Positions 1 through 12,773 of a stretch of 64,000 nucleotides of DNA are shown here, in pieces. The notes beneath the pieces were generated by a model that had not been told where the DNA came from, did no database searches, and saw nothing but the letters and a program-made list of their open reading frames with translations. Origin of the DNA: Gracilinanus agilis (Eukaryota); contig NC_058133.1 in the NCBI RefSeq assembly GCF_016433145.1, positions 212,644,132-212,708,131 of the forward strand, in the 5' to 3' direction. A program made the translations under genes and the position numbers. Numbering within the stretch: the stretch's first letter is position 1; each line of letters opens with the position of its first letter.

Positions 1-220
1 TATTCTTTTATTTATTTTTCTTTCTTTCATTCTTTTTTGTTGTTGTTGTTTGTGACAAGCAAGGCCAATGTGGATTTTTTTTTTCACGATTACACATATT
101 TGTGATGGGTTTTGTTTTTCTCGACTTCTCATTGGCTAGGGAAGGAGGAAAAGAGAGGGAAAGAATTTGGAACTAGAAATAAAATTAAGTTGAACTGACT
201 TTTTTTTAAATGCCAACTAA

Positions 221-422
221 TTTTTTAACCTTTACCTTCTGTCTTAGAATTTAATACCAAGTATTGGTTCCATAATAGAAGAGTGCTAAGGACTAGAAAG
301 CAGGGGTTAAGTGACTTGCCCAGAATCACATAGCTAGGAAGTGTCTGAGATCAAATTTGAACCCTGGGCTCCCAAATCTCTAGGCCTAGCTCTCAATCCG
401 CTGAGCCACCTAGCTGCCCCCC
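221..422 (-). mobile_element. Opossum-type tRNA-derived SINE (SINE-1-like) with degenerate target-site duplication
   Basis: Reverse complement of the ggggcagctaggtggctcag...ccttggaaccaat...aaggt consensus; flanks aaatgccaacta / aaatgctaacta. Confidence 0.85.
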
Positions 423-1354
423 AAAAATGCTAACTATTGATAAGGAAATGACAGAAACAAATTGACATTTGTTTAATTATTTCCCATTCCATACAAATTA
501 TTTTAAAACTAGTAAATTTTGTTGATGCCTTTTGTTTTTATATCACTGTCATTTCTAGATTTACATCCATCCCCACTTCCATATTCCCATTGCCTTCCCA
601 CACTTGGGAAATAAATGTTTCCTGGTAACAATGGACAGTTAACTATAAACAACTGATCCTATGCACCAGTCTGAATGCAAGATTGTGCCTTGAGGGTCTC
701 TTACTTCTTGTCTGATGGGAGAAAGTATGTTTTATTGTCTATTTTCTAGGACCATCATTTTTTTTTCAATTACTGAGAGTCCCTGTTGCTTTTAGTGTCT
801 TTCTATATATGTTGCAAGCATTGGGTTCTTTTGATTTGATTTATTTCACTCTGCATAAGTTTGAATAAATTTTCTACCTTCCTCTTAAGATTCTTCATAT
901 TAGGGTTTTTCTTACCCCAGAATAATATACTATTACATCATTACCATAATTTGTTCAATCATCTTCTGACTGATGGGTGCTCATTTTGTTCTCAGTTCTT
1001 TGCTACCATAAAAAAATTAATGCTATGAGTATTTTGGTATAATTTGGAATTTTGCCTCTCTCTTTGACCTTAATATACATGCCTGATAGTGGGATTGCTG
1101 GGTCAAAGAGCAAGGGGAAGTTGGAGCAGCTAGGTAGCATTGTGGATAAAGTGCAAGGCCTGAAGGAACTGGGTTCAAATGTGACCCCAGATACTTCCCA
1201 GCTTTATGACCTTGGGCAAGTCACTTAACCCCCATTGTCTAGTCCTTACTCATGCTAAAACAGAAGGTAATGGTTTCAAAAAAAGAGAGTAAGGGAGTCA
1301 CCTTCTTGCATATCATCCTTGTTTAGTTTCTTTCTTTCTCTAATAGTTTTAGAA

Positions 1355-1573
1355 CAGGGGCTCTAAATTTTGGGTCCCCAGACAGATACCAGGGTTCCAT
1401 GAATTTGGATGTTAAAAAAATTACATTTTTCTTTTTGCTATCCTAGAACTGAAATTCAGCATTTCTTTCAATTGTGAATGTAGGCAACATACATTACTCT
1501 GAGAAGGGGTCCCAAGGCTTCACTAGACTATCAAACGGGTACTGACACAAAGGAGGTTAAGTAAGAATCCCTG
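1355..1573. mobile_element. Ancient hAT-Charlie-type non-autonomous DNA transposon (Charlie4-like); related relics at about 2980-3575 and 18520-18710
   Basis: caggggctct...agaatccctg termini; internal aaggggtcc...cttcactagact...tgacacaaa..ggttaag motif; degenerate 8-nt flanks ttttagaa/ttttacac. Family name from memory. Confidence 0.6.
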
Positions 1574-1884
1574 TTTTACACTGTATACAACAACGTCAAT
1601 ATCAGAATGATAGTCAACTGTGAAAAACTTCGCTACTCTTGTCAATACCATGATCCACTGTTCCAAAGGACTCAAGATGAAAAATGCTATCTACCTCCAA
1701 AGAGAAATGATGAACTCCAAGTGCAGATTTTTTTTAATTTTATTTTTTATTGTCATGCAAAACACACTTCCATAATGGCTGTTGTAAGAGCAAACTCATA
1801 CAAAACCCAAACTCCAAAATAAAACCAAAGATACAGTGATGTGAAGATGACTCCAACAGTTCTTCCTCTGGAGGTGGAGAGCAT

Positions 1885-2225
1885 CCTTTGTCATAAGTCT
1901 TTCAGGATTGTTCCAGATCATTCTATTGCTGAGAGGAGCCAAGTTTTCACAGATAATCATCATCCAATATTGCTGTTACTGTGTACAATGTGTTCCCAGG
2001 TCTGCTTATATTGCTCTGCATCAGATTCCGCATATCTTTCCAGCTTTTTCTGAAATTATCTTGTTTATCATTTCTTAAAGCACAATAGTATTCCATCACC
2101 AACATATACCACAATTTGTTCAGCCATTCCCCAAATGATGGACATCCCCTCAATTTCCAGTTCTTTGCCACCACAAAAAGAATAGCTATAAATATATTTG
2201 TATGAGTAGGTCGTTTCCCTTTTTT
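1885..2225 (-). mobile_element. Marsupial L1 3' region fragment
   Basis: gcatcctttgtcataagtc...cagccattccccaaatgatggacatccc...tttgccaccacaaaaagaatagctataaat pattern typical of antisense L1. Confidence 0.7.
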
Positions 2226-2724
2226 TTATTATACAAGTGCAGATTAAAGAATATTTTTTACTTTATTTTCTTGAGTTATGGTTAATGTGGAAATATATTT
2301 TATAAGACTTCATATGTATAATGAGTATTGTATTTCTTGTCTTCTCAAGGGGAAAGGAGAGAATTTGGAAATGAAAATAAAAATAATTTAACAACCAAAA
2401 AACCAAAATTCTTGTATCTTAGGGAATATTGAAGGGCTGCGGTGGTGAGGAGAGCATCGGTGATCCAGAAAGGTGTTATAGAATTAAAGAGAAAAACTCT
2501 TTAGCTTTGGTAGCATTAGAAAACTACTCTCATTTGTTCATGCCACTTTCTGACTTTGGTGACCTATGTGTGTTTGGCACCCCAAGACTGCATATACAAT
2601 AGGATCTTAGCTCTATAGCTGCCTAGAGAACAACTAAGGATTCAAAAGTAAAAAGGAAAAAAAGAAAGAAACTAGGAAGGGAATTTAGTCCTTATAACCC
2701 TTTAGCTGACCCGATGATGAGCCT

Positions 2725-2741
2725 TATATAGAACTCACCTG
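2725..2741 (+). promoter_or_regulatory. TATA-like box (TATATAGA, 2725-2732) and E-box (CACCTG, 2736-2741) upstream of the CPSF4L ATG
   Basis: Motifs lie 50-65 nt before the ATG, and there is no CpG island at this promoter. Motif match only. Confidence 0.35.
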
Positions 2742-2789
2742 TAGGGTTTCTAGGTTAAGGCTAAGGTTTCCCCAGGGAGAAGGCTCAAG

Positions 2790-2892
2790 ATGCAGGAACT
2801 CATTGCTGGGTTGGAAAAAATGACCTTTAATCTTGAGGATGATGTGGAGAACCAGAGAGGTGTTGGGTATCTGCCCTTCCCAGGAATGGACA
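2790..2892 (+). CDS. CPSF4L: CPSF4-like protein, coding exon 1 (103 nt): MQELIAGLEKMTFNLEDDVENQRGVGYLPFPGMD(K)
   Basis: ATG at 2790 (caagATGc); donor a|GTAAGT at 2893. Peptide matches the CPSF30/CPSF4 N-terminus (MQEIIA...LPFPGMDK, recalled), and 103 nt is the CPSF4 exon-1 coding size. Confidence 0.93.
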
Positions 2893-3125
2893 GTAAGTTG
2901 GGGGTGGGAGGAATGTAACAACTGGCCACTCTTCTATGGGAGGGGGCCCTTCCCTTCTTTCAATATGCTTTTTAACCTATAGCAAAGGTTCTTAAGCTTC
3001 GGTCCATGAATTTTAAAGCAAAATTATATAATAATAATAATAACATAATAATAATAAAATTAAATTACATCTAAATATACAATATAGAAATCATAGTTAG
3101 CATTTTTTAAAAATTCAATTGTATG

Positions 3126-3322
3126 GAGGCAGCTAGATCACTCAGTAGATTAAGAGCCAGGCCTAGAGATCTGAGGTCTTGGATTCAAATCTGCCCTCAA
3201 ACATATCTTAGCTGTATAACCCTGGGAAGGCCATTTAACCCCCATTGCCTAGCCCTTAGCACTCTTCTACCTTGCAACCAATACACAGTATTGATTCTAA
3301 GACAGAAAGAAAGTGAGGGTTT
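3126..3322 (+). mobile_element. SINE-1-like element inserted in a hAT relic
   Basis: Full SINE consensus; accounts for ORFs 3123..3494 and 3197..3430. Confidence 0.85.
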
Positions 3323-4121
3323 CCCAGAAAACAACCCCCCAAAATTCAGTTTTATTTTACTTTTGGTTCCAAATTTTCTCTCTCCCTTATTCCTCTCCCA
3401 CATACCCCTTGAGAAGGCAAGAAAAAACAAAGCCCATCATGAATCTATCTTTGTGATTCTTTGTTATCCTAGGTGTTTTATCTTATATATTTAAAAGCAT
3501 TATTCCATGAACAAGGTCCATACCTTTGCCAGACTGCCAAAGGAGTCTATGATACTTTAAAAGGTTAAGAATTTCTGGACCAGATTAGCCTTTCTCTTTC
3601 ATCCTTTCTTCTTATGTCCCAGTCCACACTAATCAGAAAGTGGGAAGGTTGAGTCTAAAGGCCATCTGGTCCAATCTAGGATTTTAAAAATAGCCCTTTT
3701 ACTCCGGCGCTTGGATCTGACCTCTTGTCTTCCCCAAGGCTCTGGAAAGATGGGGCCAGAAACTACACAGCCATTTTCCATATGGGATATTCTGAAAATC
3801 GTAAGAGCAAAGGTAATTACAATAAAGAACTAATCCTTGAAGCTAGGCCTCTTGACTCCCCAGCTCAGGGCTCCCACACTGTTAGGTGAGGGAGAGAAGA
3901 GAAAAAAGAGAAGTATAGGAAATTGGGGAGGGGGGAACATTTGGAAAAGAGCTGTAGTATTGTGGTGATTTGATGCCTGCCACAAATTAGCTCCATTTGT
4001 GGGATTCTCTAGGTCCTTATGCTCTGAGAGAGTCAGATTTTTCCTTTTTTTTCTTTTTTAAGCATGAGAGGTAAGGACAGGAACAAACTGCACAACTTGT
4101 TATTTTCTTCTTTTCTTCTAG

Positions 4122-4172
4122 AATCAGGGGTGGCTGTATGCACCTTCTTTCTTAAAGGCTTCTGTGAGAAAG
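4122..4172 (+). CDS. CPSF4L: CPSF4L coding exon 2 (51 nt): (K)SGVAVCTFFLKGFCEK(G), first half of CCCH finger 1
   Basis: Polypyrimidine tract + ttctAG at 4120-4121; donor g|GTGAGT at 4173; phase 1/1 keeps the frame. Confidence 0.95.
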
Positions 4173-5196
4173 GTGAGTTCAAAAGAAATAGATTTGGTCT
4201 CAGATTGGCCTCCTAGCTGTGTGACCCTGGGCAAGTCACTTAACCCCCATTGCCTAGCCCTTACTGCTCTTCTGCCTTGGAACCAATAGCCAGTATTGAT
4301 TCTAAGATGAAAGATTAGGGTTAAAAAAAAAAAAGTCTCCCCTTCAAGGGGCATCTACTGAAGCCTGGATGTGACCTAGATGGTCAAGGGTCGGCTTACT
4401 GGGAGGGAGAGGGTGCATGGAATTTTCCCAGTAGCACCCAGTGCTATAGGTGACCAGGTATCACTTAGGTTGTAACTGCTCTGAGGAGCCAAAGCCTAAC
4501 TCTGAAGGAGGTATACCGGTCAGTAGCTTACATGGAGAGGGAGACAGATAAAGTAAGCAAATGTTGGAGGGGGATAAGTTGGTTGTGTTGGAAACAATTG
4601 GTTTTGGTAGGGAGGATGGCACAATGGATAGAGCAATAGACCTGGAGTCAGGAAGGCTTGGGGTTCTAAATATATTGTTTCTGCCTCAGTCTCTCCATTT
4701 ATAAAATGGGGATATTAATAGTACCTATCTCTCAATGAGGATATTTGTAAAGCTCTTTGCAAACCTTAAAGCATTATGCAAATGAAAGCCATTGTCATAT
4801 CTCTCCCCTGTCCCCTGATCATATTCTCTGAGATCAGGCCACAGCAACTCCCTAGAGAGCCTTAATTCTCACTTTGGATACTGCTGCCCTACAGGACGAC
4901 TTGGCCATAGTGTCTGAAATTCAGCTGTTAGCCCCACAGTGTAGGTGCAACAACAAGCTGATAATATTTTATCAGATCTGTTTAACATGGAGGGACTGAT
5001 CTCCAAAGAACATTATTGGGTATGTGAAAGAAAGGCAGAGGAGAAAATATGAGAAATATTCAAGACAAACCAAGTTACAGTACCTCCCGAGGCCATCCCT
5101 AGATGGTGAATTGAGAAGATAATAAAGGAAACCTTAAAGAACATTTAGCTAATAGTTGAGAAAGAAGCAGAGTTCTGTATAAAAAGTAAGCTCCAT

Positions 5197-5434
5197 NNNN
5201 NNNNNNNNNNNNNNNNNNNNNNNNNNNNNNNNNNNNNNNNNNNNNNNNNNNNNNNNNNNNNNNNNNNNNNNNNNNNNNNNNNNNNNNNNNNNNNNNNNNN
5301 NNNNNNNNNNNNNNNNNNNNNNNNNNNNNNNNNNNNNNNNNNNNNNNNNNNNNNNNNNNNNNNNNNNNNNNNNNNNNNNNNNNNNNNNNNNNNNNNNNNN
5401 NNNNNNNNNNNNNNNNNNNNNNNNNNNNNNNNNN
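5197..5434. other. Assembly gap (238 N) in CPSF4L intron 2
   Basis: Run of n. The exons on either side splice in frame with CPSF4-identical sizes, so no coding exon needs to be hidden here. Confidence 0.99.
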
Positions 5435-6099
5435 TGTCTGGCATTTATTAGGTATTAGATAAATACATATTGATTGAATAAGCAGTTAAAAGGAGAAGAC
5501 TGACCTAAACATGACTATGTGATAATGAAATTATTTCTTTTGTGTCCATCCAATGCTTATTGAGTCTATTCTATACAGAGCTTGGTGAATGAGGTATCAT
5601 TCCAGTAGTAAAGAAATTTGCCATCTACTGTGGGAGATAATGGGACATTATCATGTAAAGAAGAGCCTAAATACTTGAGAAAAATATGAACAAGGAGCTA
5701 TAAGAATTAGAGGAAGAAAGGATTACATCCAGCTAGCTGGACAATGAAAGGTTCATAGAGCAAGCAACATTTTAGATGATCTTAAAGGATAGGTAAGATT
5801 TCAATAGGCTGAGATTGGGATTGGGGGGGGGGAGGGTTGGTGTGGAGAGAGGAGAGGAGAGGGAGCAGGGAACATGAGCAGATTCACAGAGCTAGGAGAG
5901 CCCAAAATGGATTAGGAGAAGAATGAGACAAGGCTGGAAAGAGATGCTCCAGATAATGAGGATCCTTGATTATGATGATGATGACTGTAACTAGCATTTA
6001 TATAACTAGCATTTATAACTTTAAGGTTTGCAAAGTGCTTTACATATGTTACCTCATTTGATTCTTACAATAACCCCAAAGAGGTAGATTCTATTATTA

Positions 6100-6745
6100 T
6101 TTGATCTCTTTGGGATACAGACCTAGTAGTGGTATTACTGGTTCTAAGGACATGCACAGTTTTATGGTCCTTTGGACATGGTTTCAAATTGCTCTCCAGA
6201 ATGGTTGTATTAGTGTCCCAGTTTCCCCCAGCCCTTCCAAAATTTATCATTTTCCTTTTTCATCATATTAATACTTAAGGGTTATTTTAATTTGCATATC
6301 TCTAATTGTGATAGGAAACATTTTTATACGACTATTGATAGTTTTAATTTCTTCATCTGAAAACTGCTTGTTCATATCTTTTGACCATTTATCAATTGGG
6401 GAATGACTTACAGTCTTATAAATTTGACTCAGTTCTCTATATATTTGAGAAATAAGGCCTTTGCCAGAGTCACATGCTATAAAATTTTTTCCCAGTTTGT
6501 TGTTTCCTTTCTAATCTTGGTTGCATGTGTTTTATTTACACAAAAATATTTTAATTTAATGTAATCAAAATTACCCATTTTCATCTCATAATGTTCTCTT
6601 TGTCTTATGTGGTCATAAATTCTTCCCTTATCCATAAGTCTGACTGGTAGATTATTCTGTTCTCCCCTAATTTCTAATTTGTTCCTGGTGTCAACATTTA
6701 TTTCTAAATCATGTATCCATTTTGACTTTATGTTGGTAGATGAGA
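6100..6745 (-). mobile_element. L1 ORF2 fragment (degenerate)
   Basis: Minus-strand ORF 6477..6809 contains L1 ORF2-like IKSKWIHDL...DYIKLKYFC..K...KIRKETTNWEKI. Confidence 0.85.
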
Positions 6746-8038
6746 GCTTTTTATTATGGCAATTAATCTGGCAACAGCTTATTGAATATACTAGAGTTGG
6801 AAATAGCAATTAGGCTATTGCAATAGTTCAGACAAGGGGTCATGAGGACCAGAATAAAGCTAGTAGCAGCAAAAAAAAAAAAAAAAAAAATAGAAAAGGA
6901 GCAGGTACAAAAGACTGGGATAGACCTGAGCCTGAGTGACTCAGAATGATGATGGGGTTCACTGAGAAGCCAGCAAACAGAAGCAGGTTTTGCAAAAAGT
7001 TAATGAGTTCAGTTTTCATAATGATGTCCCTCTGGTACCTCAGACTCAGCCAGATAGAAATGTCTTGCAGCAATTGGAAATCTGAGTCAGTAACCATAGA
7101 AAGCAGAGAGGGCTTTGGGGTGGGTGAGATTGCCTAATCTATTCCTACCTCCCCTTCGAGGGCCCTTTCATCTCACCCCACATCCCTTTCTTGTTCTTAG
7201 AACAGCCATTTCCAAAATGATTTTACAATAGTCTAGGGGTCTATAGAGGGCTATAAGTACACTGTGGCATTTAGCAATATCGCCCCATTTGGGGAACATC
7301 TGGGCTGCAGCTGGAAGTCACCTTGCCAGTCCCACACCACTTACATTTTAATGTGTTCCATAACTACTTGGGGGGGCCTTATTAATAGAAAATTCTTGTA
7401 TACAGTACTGGTATTAGCACTCTCAAGATTATTTGTACTTTAATAACTAGTGCAGATAGAAGACCCACATGAATGAAACTGTACTGGTGCAAAAAGGCTG
7501 GTGCAAAAGAAATAGTTAGGGAGCCTTCCCAGCACCCCTCAAATGACATCAGTTAGGTGGGTCCCCTATTCCTGAGAATACATCTACTGGAAAACTTAAG
7601 AATTTCAGTATTCCTCTTGTTGTAAGCAATACAAAAAAGAGTTTCAATTTAAATGATTGGCCATGAACTGTAATATTACCAGGTAAAATCTAATCTGAAG
7701 TTTTATAAATTAGGCCTACTCTAATAATGTTGGGTTTAAATATGCAGTGGACAGGATTACTTCCCCTCTCCTTCTCCACCCCACCCCTAGCTTCTCATGT
7801 TCTCTTTTCCTTTTTTTCAGGCATCTTCTTCCCTCTAATCCTCCCCCCATGAAATCTAAACCTCTCAATGAGAGGAAATCCAAGTATAGTTGTAGGAGGG
7901 AGATTGGTAAGAAGGGGCAATTGATGTTAGAACATCCCTACTCTTCTCACAAAATTGTGATATCATTTGGGGGAGTAGGAGAAAGTGAGCCTACCCTAGA
8001 GATAAGCATGCTTTTGGGGGTTCATCTGCATTTTCTAG

Positions 8039-8191
8039 GCCACCTCTGTCCCTTTCGGCATGATGACGGGGAGAAGACAGTAGTGTGCAAACACTGGCTT
8101 CGGGGGCTTTGTAAGAAGAGCGACCAATGCAAATTTCTGCACCAATATGACATCACCAAGATGCCTGAGTGCTACTTCTACTCCAAATTTG
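8039..8191 (+). CDS. CPSF4L: CPSF4L coding exon 3 (153 nt): (G)HLCPFRHDDGEKTVVCKHWLRGLCKKSDQCKFLHQYDITKMPECYFYSKF(G), ZF1 end, ZF2, ZF3 start
   Basis: ttttctAG acceptor at 8037-8038; g|GTAATT donor at 8192; lies inside ORF 7747..8277; hallmark CPSF30 ZF2 sequence. Confidence 0.97.
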
Positions 8192-8530
8192 GTAATTTAC
8201 CTTTTGGGGATCCAAGATTTACCTGGCTAGTGCTCTATTCTTTAGTACTCTTTAGTACTCTACTAAGGAGGGTCTGAATAATAAACTTAAGAGAGTCTCA
8301 ATGAAATTTGATCCTGAGAAAAGAAAGGAAAAGAAGGAGAATTGGGGGAAGGGTTGACACACTTTTCAAGGAGGAAAAGTGCATCCCAGGATGCCCAGAC
8401 CTGCTAGGTAGAATTTCCTAAGGACTCGGGTCATGGCTACTTCCTCTCCCCACCTCTCACAGAAATGTAAACCACAGTTTATCCCACAGAACATGTGGGG
8501 CATGTCTTGTCTCCTTAGGAAAAGTTGGAG

Positions 8531-8532
<2 letters not shown>

Positions 8533-8585
<53 letters not shown>
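8533..8585 (+). repeat. (GT)26 microsatellite
   Basis: Perfect dinucleotide run, counted directly. Confidence 0.98.
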
Positions 8586-8588
<3 letters not shown>

Positions 8589-8804
8589 AAAACCAAAATA
8601 TGGCTTAGGAATCTTCCCTGTAGTTCTTTACAATGCCATCTGGTCATATTAGCATAGTGAAATAGAAAGCTTGAAGAATCTAGTCAGAAGCATTGGATTC
8701 GAATCCCAGCTCTGCCATTTGCTATTTTAGTGACCTTGAGAAACCACTTCTCTCGTGGTCTCAGTTTCCTCATCTGTAAAAAAAGTGACTAAAGTCTGCT
8801 GTAT

Positions 8805-9140
8805 TTTTTTTTATTTTAAATTTACTTTAAAAAAATTTTTTCCATGGTTCCATGATTCATGTGGCTTCCCTTCCCTCTTCCCTCCCCCCTCCCAGAGTTG
8901 ACAAACAATTCTACTGGGTTATACATGTATTATCACTCCAAACTATTTCCTTATTATTTATTTTTGTAATAGAGTAATCTTTTAAAACCAAAATCCCAAA
9001 TCATATACCCATATATACAAGTGATAAATCATATGTTTTCCTTCTGTGTCTCTACTCCCACAGTTCTTTCTCTAGATGTGGATAGCATTCTTTTCATAAG
9101 TCCCTCAGAATTGTCCTGGATCATTGCTATTAGTTCTGCT
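8805..9140 (-). mobile_element. L1 3' UTR/tail fragment
   Basis: T-rich tail then ccctcccctcttcctccccc...gtggatagcattcttttcataagtcc...gaattgtcctggatcattg. Confidence 0.7.
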
Positions 9141-12100
9141 ATATTTTTTAAAGCATGATTTCTGTCCACTTTGCTAACAATTTAAATATTTTTAAAAAGT
9201 AATTATTACTGATACTTATAATTGATTCTATGGCAGAAGAGTTTAAAACAGGGCGAGGACAGCTAGGTGGCTCAATGTCACCACTGATCCATGAAGTACT
9301 TTCTGGGTTCATCTGATTTGACTTTTTCCCTATATGCCTTCTGAGGATTTTTGTTAAATAAAGGCATGTCAACCCCCTCCAAGCCCTTACAGGTTCAGGA
9401 GTACCAATCCTCGTCTAGAAGAAGTGGAGCAGGGTTTCCTCAAATGCAAATTAGGGATAATAATAGTACTTACCTTGCAGGATTTCTGTGAAGATCAAAT
9501 GAGATAACATTTATAAGGCTCTTAGCATAGTGCCTGGCACACAGTAGGCATTTAATAAATGCGTGTTTCCTTCCCTCTATCCTGGGTGTGGACCTGACTT
9601 ATAAAAGGAGAATTGGACTTTCCCCAAAGCATATTGGCTCATTGTCCCTAGGAGAAAATCTCTCTTTTTTCAAAACTCTTATCTTCTGTCTTAGAATCAA
9701 TAATGTGTATTGGTTCCATGGCAGAAGAGCGCCAAGGGCCAGGCAATGGAGGTTAAGTGACTTGCCCAGGGTCACATAGCAGGGAAGTGTCTGCGGCCAG
9801 ATTAAGAAAATCTCTTAAATAAAGCCTGAGGATGGCTCATGACTAGGGTCTCCCCAAAAAGGGACTAGTGGGGCCCTTTCTGGAAAAGCTACTTGATATA
9901 CAAAGCCACTATTAAGTATAGGGTAGCTGGTTATTTTCCACCAAAAAAAGAAATGCTTCAAATACCAAAGATTCATAAGTACATGGTAATAAATACTTAA
10001 AACATGACACAAGAGCCTATCACTGATTATATTCTCCTAGGAGATAAAGACCATTTTGTGGGTCTTCTGTCTTGGAATGGATACAGTATGTTAGTTCCAA
10101 GGCAGAAGAGTGGTAAGGGCTAGACAGTTGGAGTTAAGTGACTTGCCCAGGGTCACATAGCTGGTAAATGTCTGTGGCCAGATTTGAACCCATCTGTAGG
10201 CCTGGCTTTCTAGACACTGACCATCTAGCTGCCCCCCTCAGAGGTTTTTTAACTTCGAAGATAGCCTCCAAGGCTGGACATGTCCATCTTCCAGGATCGA
10301 TGGTTGCTGGTCAAATGCCTGTGTTCAGGGAAGGAACAAAAGGCAAAGAGGCTGACAGAGTCTTGAGGTCCTTTCTCAGGCTTGCCTAGAGATCATTATA
10401 GATCACCATTTTCATGTGTTGGAGTTGTGAGCTTTTGTGGCAACTGGAGGAACGTCGGGGAGTGCATTTCTCCTCAGCTGGAAATCTGAGAGAAGGCACT
10501 GGATCCATCCAAAGTGTCAAGTGCTCAGAAGAGACTGGAAGCAGTTTCTCTTCGTTCTTCTATAGCCTCCTGAGGGGGGAGAGGTCTCTTCACAAGCATT
10601 TCTCCCCTAACTCCGATGGCAAAATTTCTCATGCAACCCCTAGTCATGGGGATCAGTCTAGAGTTGCTGTATCATCTCAGCAAAGCAAAGAGTATATCAT
10701 TCAGCAGGAAGCCAACAGACATGTTTATCCCAACGGAGCCAGAGTGGATGCCCAGCTCCATGGGAGATTCCCCAGTCCAGCGGATTCTTGTTACAGGAAA
10801 GATTGTCATGAGAAATCAGACTTAAGGATCGTCCAACCCAGTTATCCTCTTGCCAACAGCATTTATAGAAGCATAGATTTAGAGCTGGAAAGAGATCCGA
10901 GAAGCCATCTAAACCAAACTTCTCATTTTATAGATGAGGAAACTAAGGTCTACCTAAGAAGAGTCAGTGACTTGTCCAAAATCACATAGTAAGCATCAGA
11001 AATAGGATTTGAACAAGGATGTCTGGTGGCAGGGCTTGGGGCCCCAATCTTAAAAATGAATCATATCTTTGACTTTCTTTGAAGACTTTTGAAGCTTTAT
11101 CATTCATAAAGGTCTGTTCTTTTGTTTTTATAACTTATTAATATATGATCCTTGGTGTCTTATCCAAAGCATCCTACTTCTCCCATTCATTAAGATGACC
11201 AGAGAGGCAGCTTTATATAAGGAATACAGAGCTTTCCTTGAAACCAGGAAGATCTGAGTTCAACTCCCTCTTGTGATACCAACTGTCTGTGTGACCCTAG
11301 GCAAGTTAATTTCTCAGTGCTCTAAGCAACTTCCTAACACTGCATCCCATAACCAGATGTATAGAAGGAATACGCCCAGGAATTACACCAAAGAAATCAC
11401 AGATCCAGTTCCATTTATATGAAATTTTCTTAGCTTTCTATTTTGGGGGAGGAAGAAGAGTCCATGAGAATGGGTGGTGTGGGGTAGAGAGAGTAGGGGC
11501 TGTCTCTGGCCTTTCTGAATCTGTCTACCCACAAAAGATGTTTGTCATTAGCAGCCACTTTTTCACCAGGATGTAATGTCTGGGGGAAATGGTATGTTAG
11601 CACCACCTTCTGATGATAGGTGAGAACTGCATAACCAAGCATCCTCAGAGGTAGAAGAGGGAAAACAAGGAAGAAATCCTTGATACCCAGACTTTGTTCT
11701 CTAAAATACTGAGCCAGGCCTCAGAAGATAACTTTTTGCCTTCACTAATTGATTGTTTCCCCAGAGTAGCACCACACAACACAGGGTTCTGTTCAACAGA
11801 TGCCTCACTGGAATGATGTCTTACATTATGGTTCTGGCTCTGCCACTAATTGCCTCACCTTAGAAGTCCCTTAATTTCCCTAGGTCTCTTTTTCCCTCTG
11901 TAAAATGAGGAGATTGAACTCAGTAGTGCTGTAGAGGTGTGAGAGAAAGGCAATGACTGGTAGGACTTTAATTTGAAGGGTAATGGCTAGCGGAACATAT
12001 TTTCCCCCCAAATAAATCCAGTTCCCATGAGAGGCGAGAACTGGACTTTTGAATCACTGGACATGGAGCACTTGGGTCTACAATTTTCCTATGGGAGGGG

Positions 12101-12677
12101 AAAGCTAGGTAGTACAGGGGGTAGAGTGTAGGGCTTGAGTCAAGAAGACCCGAGTTCAAATATGGCCACAGACATTTCTTTGATATATGACTTTGACCTC
12201 CTTCAGGCTCAGTTTCCTCATCAATGAGGATAATAACAGTACCTACCTCACAGGATTGCTGTGATCAAATTACATGACACCTAAAGTGTTTTGCAAACCT
12301 TAAATTAATTAATTGAACTGTAAACGTCAATATGTGATATTCACTTATTATGCCATATCATCAGAGGGACTTCATTATCCTTTACGTAGGCAAGGAGCCA
12401 AGAGACTAGCCATAAGAACTTGGGTCTAATATTGCAGTAGGCCAGCAGAACAGATTAGTAGGGTTCTTCGTTTTTCTGGGAAGGGGTTAGGGCTAGGCAT
12501 ACTTCTATAACAGATGTGGAAATACCTTGGTATTGCTTAATGGGCAAAAGGAAAAAAGAAGTCATGGTGGGCTTTCATATGTAAGGACCCAGATTAATCT
12601 AAATGGGGATGGGGATGAAATGAGAGGAAAATATCTAAGAGCTGGGCATAATGTAGCAATGACTGGTACTATTTCAG

Positions 12678-12773
12678 GAGAATGCAGCAATAAAGAATGC
12701 CTTTTTCTTCATGCTAATCCAGCCTCCAAGATCCGAGACTGTCCCTGGTATGACCAAGGTTTCTGTAAGTATG
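12678..12773 (+). CDS. CPSF4L: CPSF4L coding exon 4 (96 nt): (G)ECSNKECLFLHANPASKIRDCPWYDQGFCKY(G)
   Basis: tttcAG acceptor at 12676-12677; g|GTAAGG donor at 12774; lies inside ORF 12527..12850. Confidence 0.97.

Noticed and set aside
5145-5444. 99-aa ORF containing X residues
   Set aside because: Artefact of the N gap.
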